From: the human T2T-CHM13v2.0 reference genome, Homo sapiens | NCBI RefSeq assembly: GCF_009914755.1 | Contig: NC_060932.1 | DNA length: 64,000 nt | Direction: 5' to 3' (one strand) | Shown here: piece after piece, positions 12,569 to 29,376 of the stretch | How positions within the stretch are numbered: position 1 is the stretch's first letter | How the letters are laid out: each line of letters opens with the position of its first letter | Position numbers and translations under genes: made by a program | Notes under the pieces: model-generated | Seen by the model: the letters and a program-made list of their open reading frames with translations, nothing else | Databases searched by the model: none | What the model was told of the DNA's origin: nothing

Positions 12569-12984
12569 TCTTCCTTATTTTGTATCCTGCTGGTGTTTGG
12601 CTATTAACTGGGCATTTGCCATGTGCAGAGTCCTGGGTAGGCGCTGATGGGAGAAAGCTATCTTCCCCCTGCACACCTCTCTTTATACAAGCACTATTAT
12701 GAGGAAAGGCTATGAACTCATCAGCCCTACTTTAAAAACAAGCATTACTGTGGTTATAGCAAAGTGGTGGTATCATGGGCCATCTCTTTTCCAATAAGAT
12801 ATACTTAATATATTTTTAAAGCTATAAAAGGTCAAATCAATACTTGGTAATTTGCCATAGACGAAAACAAGGCCGCTTTCTTTTCCTCCCTGCATCTTCT
12901 ATACAAAGAGCTTGGGTCAAGTTGAGAAGAGAGCTGGGTTTGAAACCTTGGCCTGTGACCTGGGGCCCTGGGACAGTCACTCTA

Positions 12985-13351
<367 letters not shown>

Positions 13352-14319
13352 CAGAACTTTGGACTCTATGTTCTTAAAACTGTGTATGTGTTTAGGTGTT
13401 CTAACATTTTAAATTTGTCTTTAAAACTTGGAGCTCTTTTCCAACCTCTTCTCAGGTTTCCTTCTTATTCCAGAGACATTCTCCTGACACAGCTGTTCTC
13501 CTAATTTATTTGGTTATAGTCCTGCATTGAGAAATGCTACTTTTTATGGAATTCCTGTTTGAAAGTCCACTATCTAAATTTGCCTGAGTCCTAAATGAAA
13601 TCAGATCCTAGCACCCCCACCAAAAAAAAGAAATGGAATTATGAACTCCGAAGCAAAAATATAGCTGTACCTTTGTGTGTGTAACTTTAGTAACTTGGTG
13701 TTCAAACACACATGATCGTCAGGGAGGAGAGAGATCACTTGGCTGGAGGCAAGTGCTTTTGTTCTGTTTGGGAGACAATATGAGGGAAGGGGAGGGAGGC
13801 GTGGGTACCAGGAGGCAAAGTAGGCAGCATCTGTAGATTCCAGTTGGGCCCATTTCAATTGTGTAGGTGGATCAAATGCTGGGCCTATTTGTGCTTTTGG
13901 ACAGCGATCTGCCATTTTCCTAATGCTGGAAAATTCCTAATTCTGGTCTACAAAATTGACCAATGCCAGTATAATATAATTCAACATTTTCCTAGCTTGT
14001 TTAGAAGAGGCATGTTGCAATGTGACTTTGATCACATTTTTTGATCAGCAGATAAATCTATATTTATTTATAATTCTGTTTTGTTCTAAGAAGGATTTAA
14101 GGCAGTTTGCAGGCAGGGTATAGAACCATCGATGTCACTTAAGATTGTCAGTTAATAGTGATGATGACAAAGGACTCGATGCAGTTGGGTCCAGTCACTT
14201 CCACCCCACCCACATGACAGGCATGGCCAAGACAGCCATTATCTTGTCATCACTGCAAATGGAATCTTCCTGAAATGATTAGCAAGTCACTTTCCTAAAA
14301 TGAGAATGACTTTTACATT

Positions 14320-14682
14320 TTTATTTATTTGTTCATTTTTTTAGAGACAGGGCCTCGCTCTGTAGCCCAGGCTGGAGTGCAGTGGCACAATCATAGCTTA
14401 CTCCTGGGCTCAAGTGATTCTCCTGCCTCAGCCTCCCGAGTAGCTAGGACTACAGGCTCACACAACTCATTTTTTAATTTTTTCTAGAGACAGGGATCTC
14501 AAGGACAACTTTGCCCATGCCCACTTCTACATGGTGACTGAGCACCTGGGAAAAAAAAAAAAAGATAGCATCTCACTATGTTGCCCAGACTGGTCTGGAA
14601 CTCCTGGGCCCAAGCAATCCTCCTGCCTTGGGCCTCTCCAGAGTGCTGGGATTACAGGCATGAGCCACTGCACCCAGCTGGC
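14320..14682 (-). mobile_element. AluJ interrupted by a short foreign insertion
   Basis: Antisense Alu split at 14502-14563 by non-Alu sequence plus A tract. Confidence 0.85.
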
Positions 14683-14739
14683 TTTTACATTTTTTAATGG
14701 TGGAGGAAAAAAAAAAATCAAAACAAGAATGACATTTGA

Positions 14740-14945
14740 TGTCAAATGAAAATTACATTGAATTTAAATTTTAGTGTCCATGCATAAGATCTGTTTATAA
14801 CACAGCTACACACATTTGTTTACATACTGCCTATGTCTGCTTTTTTGTACAACATAATCAAGCAGTTGTAACAGAGGCCATATGGCCCACAAGGTGTATA
14901 ATATTTACTATTTGGTCCTTTAAAAAATGGATTTGCCAGCCCTTG
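14740..14945. mobile_element. MER58 (hAT-Charlie) fragment
   Basis: atatggcccacaagg...atatttactatttggtccttta...tttgccagccc matches the MER58 end. Confidence 0.7.
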
Positions 14946-15228
14946 TTTTTTTTTTTTTTTAAAGAGGGAACCTCGCTCTGTTGCCCAGGCTGGAGTGCAG
15001 TGGCGCGATCTCGCTCACTGCAACTTCCACCTCCTGGTTTCAAGCAATTCTCCTGCCTCAGCCTGAGTAGCTGGGATTACAGAAGCCCACCATCACACCC
15101 AGCCAATTTTTGTATTTTAGTAGAGACAAGATTTCGCCATGTTGGCCAGGCTGGTCTTGAACTCCTGACCGCAAGTGATGGCCCGCCTCGGCCTCCCAAA
15201 GTGCTGGGATTACAGGCGTGAGCCACCC
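14946..15228 (-). mobile_element. AluS
   Basis: Antisense Alu dimer. Confidence 0.9.
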
Positions 15229-15254
15229 CTGTTAGAGCCCAGCCCCCTGTTCTA

Positions 15255-15535
15255 ATTTATTCATTATTCAACTGACTTATTGGCAGTGTACTATGTTTGT
15301 TGTGCTTGGGTTCTTGGTGCTTGATTACTGTTCTCAGTGCTGGAGTTAGAAAGTTCCTAACCTTAATGGACTTTATACTGTAGGTGACATCAAAAATTAT
15401 ATCATAGTAAATTGAGTCCTATCATGTAGATATTAACAAGAATCATTAACATGGACATGCTTTCTAGGTGCCAAGCACTACTCTAAGGATTTCATATGCA
15501 CGAATTTACTTAATCCTCACAATAACTATGCAGTC
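15255..15535. mobile_element. L2 3' end and MIR fragments
   Basis: ttcattattcaac...tactatgt L2-tail motif; gtgccaagcactactctaag...taatcctcacaataactatg MIR motif. Confidence 0.6.
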
Positions 15536-15844
15536 TTCAAGGAATCTTTAGAAGAGGATATAACCATGACCTTCATACAGATACACAAAATCAACCCATG
15601 TCAAAGATTTTATTAAGCTCATTAGTTAATCAGGGAACCAGGAAATGTTATAAGTGGTTCAAAGAAGAATTCAAAAAAATATATAGAAAATAAGGAATTG
15701 CGAAATAAATGTATACATAGATGAAAAATGGGTCTGTCCTCAAGGCCATTATCATTCTATTGGAGGCAGTCCATTTGCATTTCTATGGACAACTGTCATT
15801 TACGGAGTTGCACAAGAGCTCAAAGACAATAAAAGACAGAGATT

Positions 15845-15986
15845 CTGGGTGCGGTGGCTTGGTGGCTCACGCCTGTAATCCCAGAACTCTGGGAGGTTGA
15901 AGCAGGAAGATCGCTTGAGGTCAGAACTTTGAGACCAGCCTGGGTGACATAATGAGACCCCAAGTCTACAGAAAAAAAAAAAAAAA
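15845..15986 (+). mobile_element. FLAM / Alu left monomer
   Basis: Single monomer with A tail. Confidence 0.85.
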
Positions 15987-16129
15987 GACGGAGATAACAC
16001 AGATAGGTGAGCAAGTCTAAGAAGATTTTCTTGCCTATTTCAGTCTCAGTTTTTTTCTGATAGAAGTCAGTACTACAGTATGTCCATACAATATATTTGT
16101 ATAGATTGAAGATGTCCTTGATGACATTA

Positions 16130-16718
16130 CAGGCATACCTCCCTTTATTGCACTTCACTTTATTGTGCTTTGCAGGCTGTTTTTTACAAAATGTGGCAAG
16201 CCTGCATTGAGCAGGTCTACCGGTGCCGTTTTCCCAAGAGCATGTGCTCACTTTGCGTCCCTCTGTTACATTTTGGGAATTATTTTACAATATTTCAAAC
16301 GTTTTCATTATTATTATATCTGTTATGGTGATCTACGATCAGTGCTCTTTGACGTTACTATTGTCTTTGTTTTGGGGTGCCACAATCCACATCCACATAA
16401 GATGGTGAACTTAATAAATGTTGTGTGTGGTCAGACTGCTCCACTGACCAGTGTTCCTCCATCTCTCTCCCTCTCCTTGGGCCTCCCTATTCCTTGAGAC
16501 ACAACAATATTGAAATTAATAACACTACCATGTCCTCTAAGTAAAGTGAAAGGAAATGTGTCATATGTCTGTCTCTTACTTTAAATCAAAAGCAAGAAAT
16601 GATTGAACTTAGGAAGACATGTTGAAAGCCAAGACAGGCTGAAACTGAGGCTTCCTGGCCAAACAGCCGTGAGTGAATGCAAAGACATTTCTAAAGGAAA
16701 TTTAAAATGCTACTCCAA
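16130..16718 (+). mobile_element. Tigger1 5' fragment with decayed transposase start
   Basis: TA|CAGGCATACCTC TIR; internal Tigger1 sequence; degenerate ATG..AAGTGAAAGGAA..ACTTTAAATCAAAAGC..GAAATGATT from 16530. Confidence 0.88.
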
Positions 16719-17157
<439 letters not shown>

Positions 17158-18135
17158 TTAAAAATGAAAATAAGCTATTCTACCTCTAGCTTTACCTATT
17201 TCTGACAACAACAAACAAACAAAACCACATTTCTTCCTCTTATGCAGAGAAATTCAATGATGCTTCCATGTGATCTTTTTCAGGCTTTGTTTTCACTCCC
17301 ATCTTTTAATACCTAAATGCCCCTTCAAGATAATTTCCTAAACAAAAACAATTCCCTTCTTTAGAGAAATTCCTGCAGAGGAGTCTTTACACACATTTTT
17401 AACACTGAAAGATGACCTTGAATTCACTCTAATTTATATTTTCAAAGCCACTTTCAAACTTTGGTTTCCTGAGTGTCAATTACTAATAAATTACTTGCAA
17501 TATGCCCCCGAGTCATTGAGAAGCACTCCTCTAATTGTCCAGTTTTGCACATGTGTTAGATTACAGATTGATTTCAAGGTTCCAGAGTACTGTTTCTGTA
17601 CTTGTCTCCTTACAACCAGAGCATCTGACAAAGGGTTTGCTGCATGTAATAGACTAAAAGAAACTGTTGGCTGAACCTCTTTTCTAGGACTTGGTATTGT
17701 AGAACTGCTCTGGAATTGGTGAAGTGTTTCTTCACTGTCCTCCACAGCACTGGTTTACAACGTTTGCCAGATAATGTTGGCCAAGTTGTGATTTGATAGG
17801 GAACAAAACCCAGAAGGAGCCATGATTCCACCCCACAGCTAAATGCTTGGAATGGAACGCTTTGTTTCCTAAACATCTGAAGTTATCAAATCAACCTTCT
17901 TGCCTCTTCTTTTGTTTTCTTTGCAAAAGTGAGATCCTGAAGGGCCACAGCTGCTATATGACCTCAAGTGACCACGTCAGTTAATTCCTCAAATTAGTGC
18001 CTCTGTTTTTAATGGTGCAGAAAGATCCAAGCTCAGAAAATCAAGGAAGAGAATTGGCACGGGGAGCTTGTCTCCACAGTGTTGCAACAGAGCTGAAGTC
18101 AGAAGTGGACTGAGCAACTTGACATGCCCAAGTAG

Positions 18136-18932
<797 letters not shown>

Positions 18933-19205
18933 GTATGGACGGAAGAAAATGACTACCTGAAGCTCCCATCATGATACTGACGGGTCAAAGCAATGCCACT
19001 TTCTGCTGGCCAGAAGGTATTATTGCCAAAGGGCAAGACCCTTAAAGATGATCTAGTATTGCTCTGTGATTTTATGGATGAAAGATATTAATAGCAAAGT
19101 GACCATCCAAGGCTACACGGTAACTTGGTGGCAGTGGTAGGATTATTACTTACGGATTCTTTCCATGCAGCCACTTCACTTTTCTTGATGTATATAAGAA
19201 AAATA

Positions 19206-19300
19206 AGGAGGCTGAGGTGGGAGGATCACTTGAGCCAAGGAGTTCGAGGCCTGCCTGGGGAACACAGGGAGACCCTTTCTCTGCAAAAAGTACAAAAAAG
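19206..19300 (+). mobile_element. Alu monomer fragment
   Basis: ggaggctgaggtgggaggatcacttgagcc. Confidence 0.75.
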
Positions 19301-19546
19301 GCACTGGAGCTCTCGGTGGCAGAAGAGAACTTGATTGGCCTGCTTTTCTTACTGTGGCTGCCAGGCTCCTGTCAGCCGCTCAGTGAGAAAGCTGCTCTCA
19401 CCCTTGCTCAGCCTTGGTGCTGGTCCTCTACCCAACTCTGCACCTGTCTTGCTGGTGCTGATCTGCCTTGTCAGGGCTGCCTGGCTTCCCTGCGGATGGC
19501 ACCAGGGCAGGACAATGATGCCTCTGGATGAGCTTCCCCACCCTGA

Positions 19547-19945
<399 letters not shown>

Positions 19946-21166
19946 TAACAGACAGTAGAATCTGTTTGAATATGAGCTGTTGAGAAATGGGGAAGTTGGT
20001 GGGTGAGAGAGCATCGAGTTGGGGGTTTGTGACGGGAACAGAATAGGAATCAGTCTGACTGGACACTTGAAAGAAGTTTCCTTAAAATATGAAAATAATT
20101 TTGCAGAGGAATGTTTACACAAAAAACGATCTAAAGAAAAAACAGCTTACACACTGGAATCAAAATGTCACTTGATTCCCAGAGGGAATGAGCTCAGAAG
20201 TTAAAAAGAAAGGGATCCTTTCCAACTATTAAATGTATTTTTAAAGGCCCTTTCGGGTTTAAATTGGTTCCCGGAAGAACACAGGCACTTATCCCAGGGG
20301 AGGTATCTTTGCAGATGCAAATAGAAGGGCCCAGAAGCTCACCATTCAGAATGGGGGTGGCGGGGGCAGAGGACAGAGGGCAGGGAGGTCAACCAGAAAT
20401 ACTCCATCAATGGTGGTTTCAGCCGATAAATTCAGCCAGATTTTAAGATCAAGCATTTGGAATTTGAGAACTTCCCACAAGGGTTGCTTTTGTTTATCCT
20501 ACTTCCCTGGCTGTTGGAGTTCGCAGGGAATGATATCATTGGAAGAACTTTGAAAGCAGGTCCAAATTTTCTAAGGCACAACCTTCGAAATGGAAAACAG
20601 TTCTGCAAATTGGTTTGCAAGAGTCATAAATAAACTTTGAGTGGGCAGTTTTAATAAGTGTGCTGCCTGAGCAGTGAAGGAAGTTGAAAATGCAACTGCC
20701 CAACTGCTAGCAGCTAGCTGGTCACTGCAAGAAAAGGGAAACAGGGTTCCTGATTCCCAGTCCGGTGCTTTTATTATAAACTTGATCCTATGGTCTGGAA
20801 GTCAACCTCGTATAAGTATAAAAATAGCTTCAGAAGTGAAGCTGACTTACATATGAAGTGCAGAATAAGATGCCTCGTCTTCCCAGGCACCACACAAAAT
20901 CTGGACCTCTAAGCAACTTATCACCATCTAAGGCCATCAAATCAAAAGGAAACAAGAAAGATGCTCCTACCTAGTTGAGGGGGAAGAAGGGGCTTGGGGG
21001 CCTGGGGCCTCAGGAGCTGACAGGTAGGCAACTCTTAAAGGTACTGTCATTTTGGGAAATTCTTACTTCCCTTTCTGCAAACCTCCAACTTCCTCCCCCT
21101 CCCCCAAGGCCCTTTAGAGAATCCTTCGTTTGCTCCTGGACACACCTTTGTCACTGTGCCTTAGGA

Positions 21167-21518
21167 CAGGGGTCCCCAACCTTTAGCAGTCCCCAACCTT
21201 TCTGGTACCAGCGACCAGTTTCGCGGAAGACAATTTTTCCACGGATCAGGGGAGGCAGACTGGGGAAGGTTTCGGGATGCAACTGTTCCACCTCTGATCA
21301 TCAGGCATTGGTTAGATTCTCATAAGCAGCGTGCAACCTAGATTCCTCGCACACGCAATTCACGGTAAGGTTTGTGCTTCTATGAGAATCCGATGCTGAC
21401 GCTGATCTGACAGGACATGGAGCTCAGGCGGTCATGCTCACTCAAGGGCTGCTCACCTCCTGCTGTGTGGCCCTGTTCCTAAGAGGCCAGTCCCTGGCTC
21501 AGGGGTTGGGGACCCCTG
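21167..21518 (-). mobile_element. MER1B (hAT-Charlie MITE)
   Basis: Perfect 15-bp TIR CAGGGGTCCCCAACC / GGTTGGGGACCCCTG, 8-bp TSD ccttagga/ctttagga, internal agattctcataag...tatgagaatc palindrome. Confidence 0.9.
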
Positions 21519-21683
21519 CTTTAGGACAACAAAAGCCAGGGGAGTTCATTTTACTGCAGGTGACTTAAAGGGAGCACTGGTCATCCCACCTACCCGCTTT
21601 CCATCCCTGCCTCTCATCTTTACCTGCAATCCACTCCTATGCAACTTTTCCGCCTGTTGTTTTGTGTCCAGGAGTCTCCCGAG

Positions 21684-22221
21684 TGTTAGAGTTATTTGAA
21701 TCAAAGCAACTCCGTTCTTGAATAGGGGCTGGGTAAAATAAGGCTGAGACCTGCTGGGCTGCATTCCCAGGAGGTTAAGGCATTCTTAGTCACAGGATGA
21801 GACAGGAGGTCAGCACAAGATACAGCTCATAAAGACCTTGCTCATGAAACAGGTTGCAGTAAGGAAGCCAGCCAAATCCCACCAAAACCAAGATGGCGAC
21901 GAGGGTGACCTCTGGTCGTCCTCACTGCTACACTCCCACCAGCGCCATGACAGTTTACAAATGCCATGGCAACGTCAGGAAGTTACCCAATATGGTCTAA
22001 AAAGGGGAGGCATAAATAATCCACCCCTTGTTTAGCATGTAATCAAGAAATAACCATAAAAATGGGCAACCAGCAGCCCCGAGGGTAGCCATTCTTTTAT
22101 TCCTCTACTTTCTTCATAAACTTGCTTCCACTTTGCTGTATGGACTTAGCTTGAATTCTTTCTTACAAGAGATCCAAGAACCCTCTCTTGGGGCCTGGAT
22201 CAGGACCCCTTTCCAGTAACA
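21684..22221 (+). mobile_element. MER41A solo LTR (ERV1)
   Basis: TG...CA ends, 4-bp TSD CGAG, gaataggggctgggtaaaataaggctgagacc and ccaagatggcgacgag MER41 motifs; lacks the MER41B tandem GAS block. Confidence 0.9.
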
Positions 22222-22692
22222 CGAGTAATGACTGATGAAGTGTGTGGTCAGTTAGCACTGAGTCTTCGGCAGTCTCCATTTATCTAGCAAACCTTTACCA
22301 AGCTCCTTCTACAATCCCAGCAGCATGCTGAATATTAAGGATTCAAGAGACCCAGTCCCGGTTCCTCCACAGCGCAGCACGGGAGTCTGAGAGTAAACCA
22401 CCAATGCCACCAATGCAACAACTCTGGTCATGAGGGTTTGTTGGGGGTTCAAATTGTGGCCTTGGCAGCCAGCAGAGGGGAGACGAGGGAGGTGTACTTT
22501 CCTTAGAGATATGGGGGTGGACAATCCTATGGGTAGGATGCAGGTGAGAGGGAACAGGAAAGACACTGTACATCCAGAAAAACCATGTGCAGAGGAACGA
22601 GGCAAGAGACGGCATGCTGGGATGTCTGGAGCAGCAGGAGGCAAAGTTGAAGAGCCAGGCATGGGTCAAACTGTGGAGGAACCGTGAGCCAT

Positions 22693-23488
22693 TGTTACCT
22701 GGAGGGGGTGGCGGGCAGTCCTTTTTCTTAGAGTTCCCAAGATGGTGGCGGACCGCTTCCAAGATGGCGGCGGACCGCTTCCAAGATGGCGGCAAGCCTC
22801 TTGTTCTCTGACCTGCGGTTCTTGGCATCACAGATTCCAAGGAATGGAATCTTGGGCCATGCGGTGAGTGTTGCAGCTCTATCAGAAGCTGTGGGTCATG
22901 GAATAAAACTGTGGAACCCAGCGACTAGTGTTTAGCTCGATTAGGATGAACCCGGGCACTTAGGCATGCAGGAACAAAGGCGAGCCTTTAGCCCCATTGG
23001 GAGCGGCAATGGGCGCCTCGCTGGATCAGCAGCACAGCAGACAGGGTGCGGGATCTGGAGGGGTGGAAGTCAGCGATGGGTCTGCCACAGCGGCAAACAG
23101 CAGTGGTGGATGGCGAGCGAAAGCTCAGCTCGAGCAGTAACAAACACGGAGCAGCAGCGTGTGCAGTTGCAAGATTTAATAGAGTGAAAACAGAGCTCCC
23201 ATAAAATGGGAGGGGACCCAAAGGGGCGTTGCCGTTGCCGGCTTGAATGCCTGGGTTTATATCCCGATCATTGTCCCTCCCGCTGTGCTCTCAGGCAATA
23301 GATGATTGGCTATTTCTTTACCTCCTGTTTTAGCCTAATTGGCATTTTAGTGGGCTCTCTTTACTACCTGATTTGTCGGGTGTGAGCTAAGTTGCAAGCC
23401 CCATGTTTAAAGGTGGATGTGGTCAGCTTCCCAGCTAGGTTTAGGGATTCTTAGTTGGCCTAGGAAATCCAGCTAGTCCTGTCTCTCA
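22693..23488 (-). mobile_element. LTR17 solo LTR (HERV-W)
   Basis: Minus strand begins TGAGAGACAGGACTAGCTGGATTTCCTAGG and ends GGTAACA; TATA-like GATATAAA; 4-bp TSD CCAT. Confidence 0.93.
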
Positions 23489-23842
23489 CCATCACAGGTG
23501 TCTGAGCAGGAGACTGGGATGGTCCAGTTTCTGATTTAGAAAAATCACCTGGGGCTGGAGTGGGGAGAAGAGATGGGTGGAGAGGTGAGCCTGCAGACAA
23601 ATTAGATCAGGATCCCCACGTGGTCCCTCGGCAACCTTTGTCCCACTTCCACAATCTCTAAATTCTAGAGAAAGTGGGCCCTTGCTGAGATGGTGGCAGC
23701 AATCCTCTGAGAAGAATTCTCCAAGGGACCTCTCCATAGGTCTCTTTACACAGAGTTGTGAGTCCATTTCCTGGACCTTTCTTAAACCCCCCAAATAAAG
23801 TTCCAGGTAGGAGAACCTGAGACATTGCTAACACACCCTGGG

Positions 23843-24353
23843 GCAGCAGTTTTCCAAGTGGGACCCCAGATCACTAGGAGCAGCAGCATTGCATGAGAAC
23901 TTTAAGATCTCATCTTCTTGAGACCTACTTTATAGGTATTGAACCAGAAACTCTGGGGCCCAGCTACAGTGGGTTTTGTTTTTGCTTTTTTTTTTTTTTT
24001 TTTTAGAGCCAGAGTCTTGCTCTGTTGCCCAGGTTGGAGTGCAATCGTATGATTATGGCTCACTACAGCCTCTAACTCTTGGGCTCAAATGATCCTCCTA
24101 CCTCAGCCTCCCAAGTAACTGGGACCACAGGGGTGCCACCATACCCAGCATTGTGACAGGCTTTCACTTTGCAGAGATGGGATCTCACTATGCTGCCCAG
24201 GCTGGTCTCAAATTCCTGGACTTGAGTGATTCTCCCACTTCGGCCTCCCAAAGTGCTGAGATTACAGGCATGAGCCACTATGCCCAGCCCCAGCTAGTGT
24301 TTTTAACAAGCTCCAGGTGATTCTGATGCAAGGTTCAAGTTTGAGAACCACTA
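23843..24353 (+). mobile_element. MER5A split by antisense AluJ (23988-24289)
   Basis: agaaactctggggcccagc...ttttaacaagctccaggtgattctgatgca..agtttgagaaccact. Confidence 0.8.
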
Positions 24354-24461
24354 CCTTGTGCTAGCACAAACTCAGATGAGTTATATGGAGAACTGATCAG
24401 CAGGCTCCCAACATCCTATTTTTGTTTTGTTTCTTTAAGAAAAAGAAAAGCTTCAAGCCTA

Positions 24462-24827
<366 letters not shown>

Positions 24828-24950
24828 TTATGATTTATTTGATAATCTAGCAAATGATTTTTAAAAACCTACTATTTGCACTGTACTTTCTGGGCAGAGG
24901 GAAGAAAGAAATAAAAAAGACACAAGGTTCCTTCCTCCAGTAGGATTCTG

Positions 24951-25035
24951 CCATCACCACATCATCAATCATCATCATCATTATCAATCATCATCATCCA
25001 AACATCATCATTACTATCATCAATCATCACCATCT
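24951..25035. repeat. Degenerate (CAT)n repeat
   Basis: atcatcaatcatcatcatcattatcaatcatcatc. Confidence 0.8.
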
Positions 25036-25478
25036 TCAAAAAACATCTTTTAATGCTAATGATAGTCACTTATAAGAATCCACGTCTGAAAATCCACAAG
25101 GGATTTCTGAGAACTCATTTTGTACCCAGCTCTGTTCCCTAAGGCTTCTGCCTACAACTGATTTGCTGTCTGGTTCAGTCAGAACTTGAACACAAGAAGC
25201 AATCAGTCACACAGGGCAGCAGATAATTGTGGGCTAAATGTTTCCAAGCTTAAGCAGGCCTGTGGATTCAAGAGTCCTCTTCCAGCTTTATGCAGATGGC
25301 CTTCATTTTCACTCCTTGCCTGAAGCCCTGTATTTTTCTTCTTTTTTTTTTTAATCCAGATAGTGGCAATCACATGCTACAAGATAAACAAGGTGATGAC
25401 CTTTGCATCTCCCTACTCTCTTATCCACAGCAATTTCCCAGCCTATTTTTCAAAAACCCCCAAAGGAATTATTAGGCT

Positions 25479-25881
<403 letters not shown>

Positions 25882-26411
25882 TCATGCGTCTCCAGGAGAG
25901 AGCATTTGGCTACACCTTTGGTGCTATCGAGGAAATCATGATGCCCAGTGGTCCACAGCTCTTAGGAATCTGAGCTTCTCTGGGTTTGTCCGTGGACGTG
26001 GGGAGAGGAGTCTTTTGGTGCCCTGACTCTAAGAACTTTGACCTTTAATTCTGAAGTCCTGGGCCCCTATCATCTCTCTCCCAAAGGGAGTGTTTGAGGA
26101 TATGGCAAGTGCGGCATTAACAGATGATTCTAGGAAGAAGAGGAAAAGGCCTGTTCTATAAATAAATGTACTGTTCCTGAATGAGGCACTGTCCTCCTCC
26201 CTACTCCCACCCAATCACCCTTGTGACTCTTTCAGAGCAGAGCAGAGCAGCCCCGAGCCAAGGATTAGTGTGATCACAAGGTCAACAATAGATACCCTGT
26301 CCATAAATACTCCTGGAGAGCTTTAGTCATTGACTAGGAGCCAGGAGTGGGGGAATAAGAAGAGGGGAAGGGAGAGAGCTGGAAGCCTGTAGGGCTAGCT
26401 TGAAACATCTA

Positions 26412-26990
<579 letters not shown>

Positions 26991-27740
26991 TCAGTAAGCA
27001 GGAAGAGAGAGCCAGGCTCCTGCATTGATAAGGCTGGGAAACAGTTTAATATCTAACCTTTTTGGATATGAGGACCAATGAAGCCAAGCGATAATCTGTT
27101 GGAGGGGCCTGTTCTGCGGGTTCTGAGGACCCCGGGGATCTTTAAGTCCTCACTTTCTTTTTGGGCATGAACATTTGGGTGTTGCAGGCAGATAAAAGTG
27201 GTGGGGGAATGTGATCAAGAGATGGAAAGCTGCGTGTAGGAGCGCACTGCCCACCAGCATTGCACCTAAATAAAGAAGGCCACGATGTGCTGTGACAGTG
27301 CCACAGAACTGATAGTCTGCATTTTCACCAGGCAGAGGGGAGGACAGGGGGGTGGGTCGGCTTTACTGTCACCAGCAGAGAACTTCCAGAGCAGCTTGGA
27401 TGAATCATCTGGTGCACACGCACACTCAACATTTTAAAATATGGATGATGGGGCTGGGGAGGCGCCAACTCACAAAAGCTGACTGTTGGGTACATAATTT
27501 TTTGGACCCGGTGTGTCTAATTCCATCTTCAATTATTGATTCTTTTGATCCCTTTCAAGTGAAACTTTAAGTGACTTATCTAAAAATAGGCTACTGCTAA
27601 GCTTATGTTAGAAGGAGGTAAAAACCTAAGTTATTTAAGATGATGTGGCTAATGTAAGTGACTAATCAGAAAACAAATTAGCTAATTGGTTGTGGTCACA
27701 ATGTTATTAACATTAGATGCTACTAACATCTTTGTTTTGC

Positions 27741-27875
27741 CTTTTTTAAAATTTTTTAAGAGACAGAGTCTCACTATGCTGCCCAGGCTGGTCCTGAACT
27801 CCTGGCCTCAAGAGATTCTCCTGCCTCAGCCTCCCAAGTAGCTGAGATTACAGGCATGAGCCACTGTGTCTGACT
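27741..27875 (-). mobile_element. FLAM monomer
   Basis: Antisense left-monomer sequence. Confidence 0.85.
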
Positions 27876-27881
27876 GTTTTA

Positions 27882-28259
<378 letters not shown>

Positions 28260-28843
28260 TCAGAGCAAAAATTCACCATCCCTTTGTCCCCATGTTGGAG
28301 AAAGGGCATGGCTTTAGGTGGACAATAGATCTGAAAAATGTTGCCATTTCTTATCCCCAGAAACAAAAAGCCACTGAGTTAAATTCCTTATTTGTCTTTG
28401 GAGACACAGGTTCTACTTCTGCAGAAAAGATGAAAGCAGATTCTGGCCAAGCAAACGAGAATGTAAGAAACTCTTACGAGATTCAGAGGTCAAAAGCTAG
28501 CTAAACGTAGCTGTAAAGGACTTTTTTGTGTGTGTACTTGGAGCTATGTGAAGATGGACTCTACAGGAGGTGATAGTTAAGCAATACTAATGCCTTGCTG
28601 TGATCTAAAAGGCTAAAACTTGCTAAGTCAGTCCAGTTACAGATGTTTTGCACCAGATTATTATGTACAATGAACTTCATGGGCCCCTGCTCTGGAAACA
28701 GCATGTCCTCTGTATTAGATTAGTGAGCCAAGACATAAATATATGGAAAGCTAAAAAAATAACAAAACAAAAAGTCAGCTGAAATTTTTGACCATTAAGG
28801 TAGGAGAAACACTGACTTCAACTTCACCAAGAAGCTGCATTTT

Positions 28844-29376
<533 letters not shown>

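Noticed and set aside
16530-16718. Tigger1 transposase start as a domesticated gene
   Set aside because: Indels and stops relative to consensus; truncated by Alu insertion
17491-17745. Minus-strand ORF ending TIRGVLLNDSGAYCK, resembling an Ig DxGxYxC motif
   Set aside because: Motif spacing is wrong and no upstream Cys/Trp Ig pattern is present; a BLASTX/HMMER hit would be needed
22737-22793. Short direct repeats suggesting a CRISPR-like array (also 1365/1608 and 49095)
   Set aside because: Head-to-tail duplications without unique spacers, in primate DNA with no cas genes
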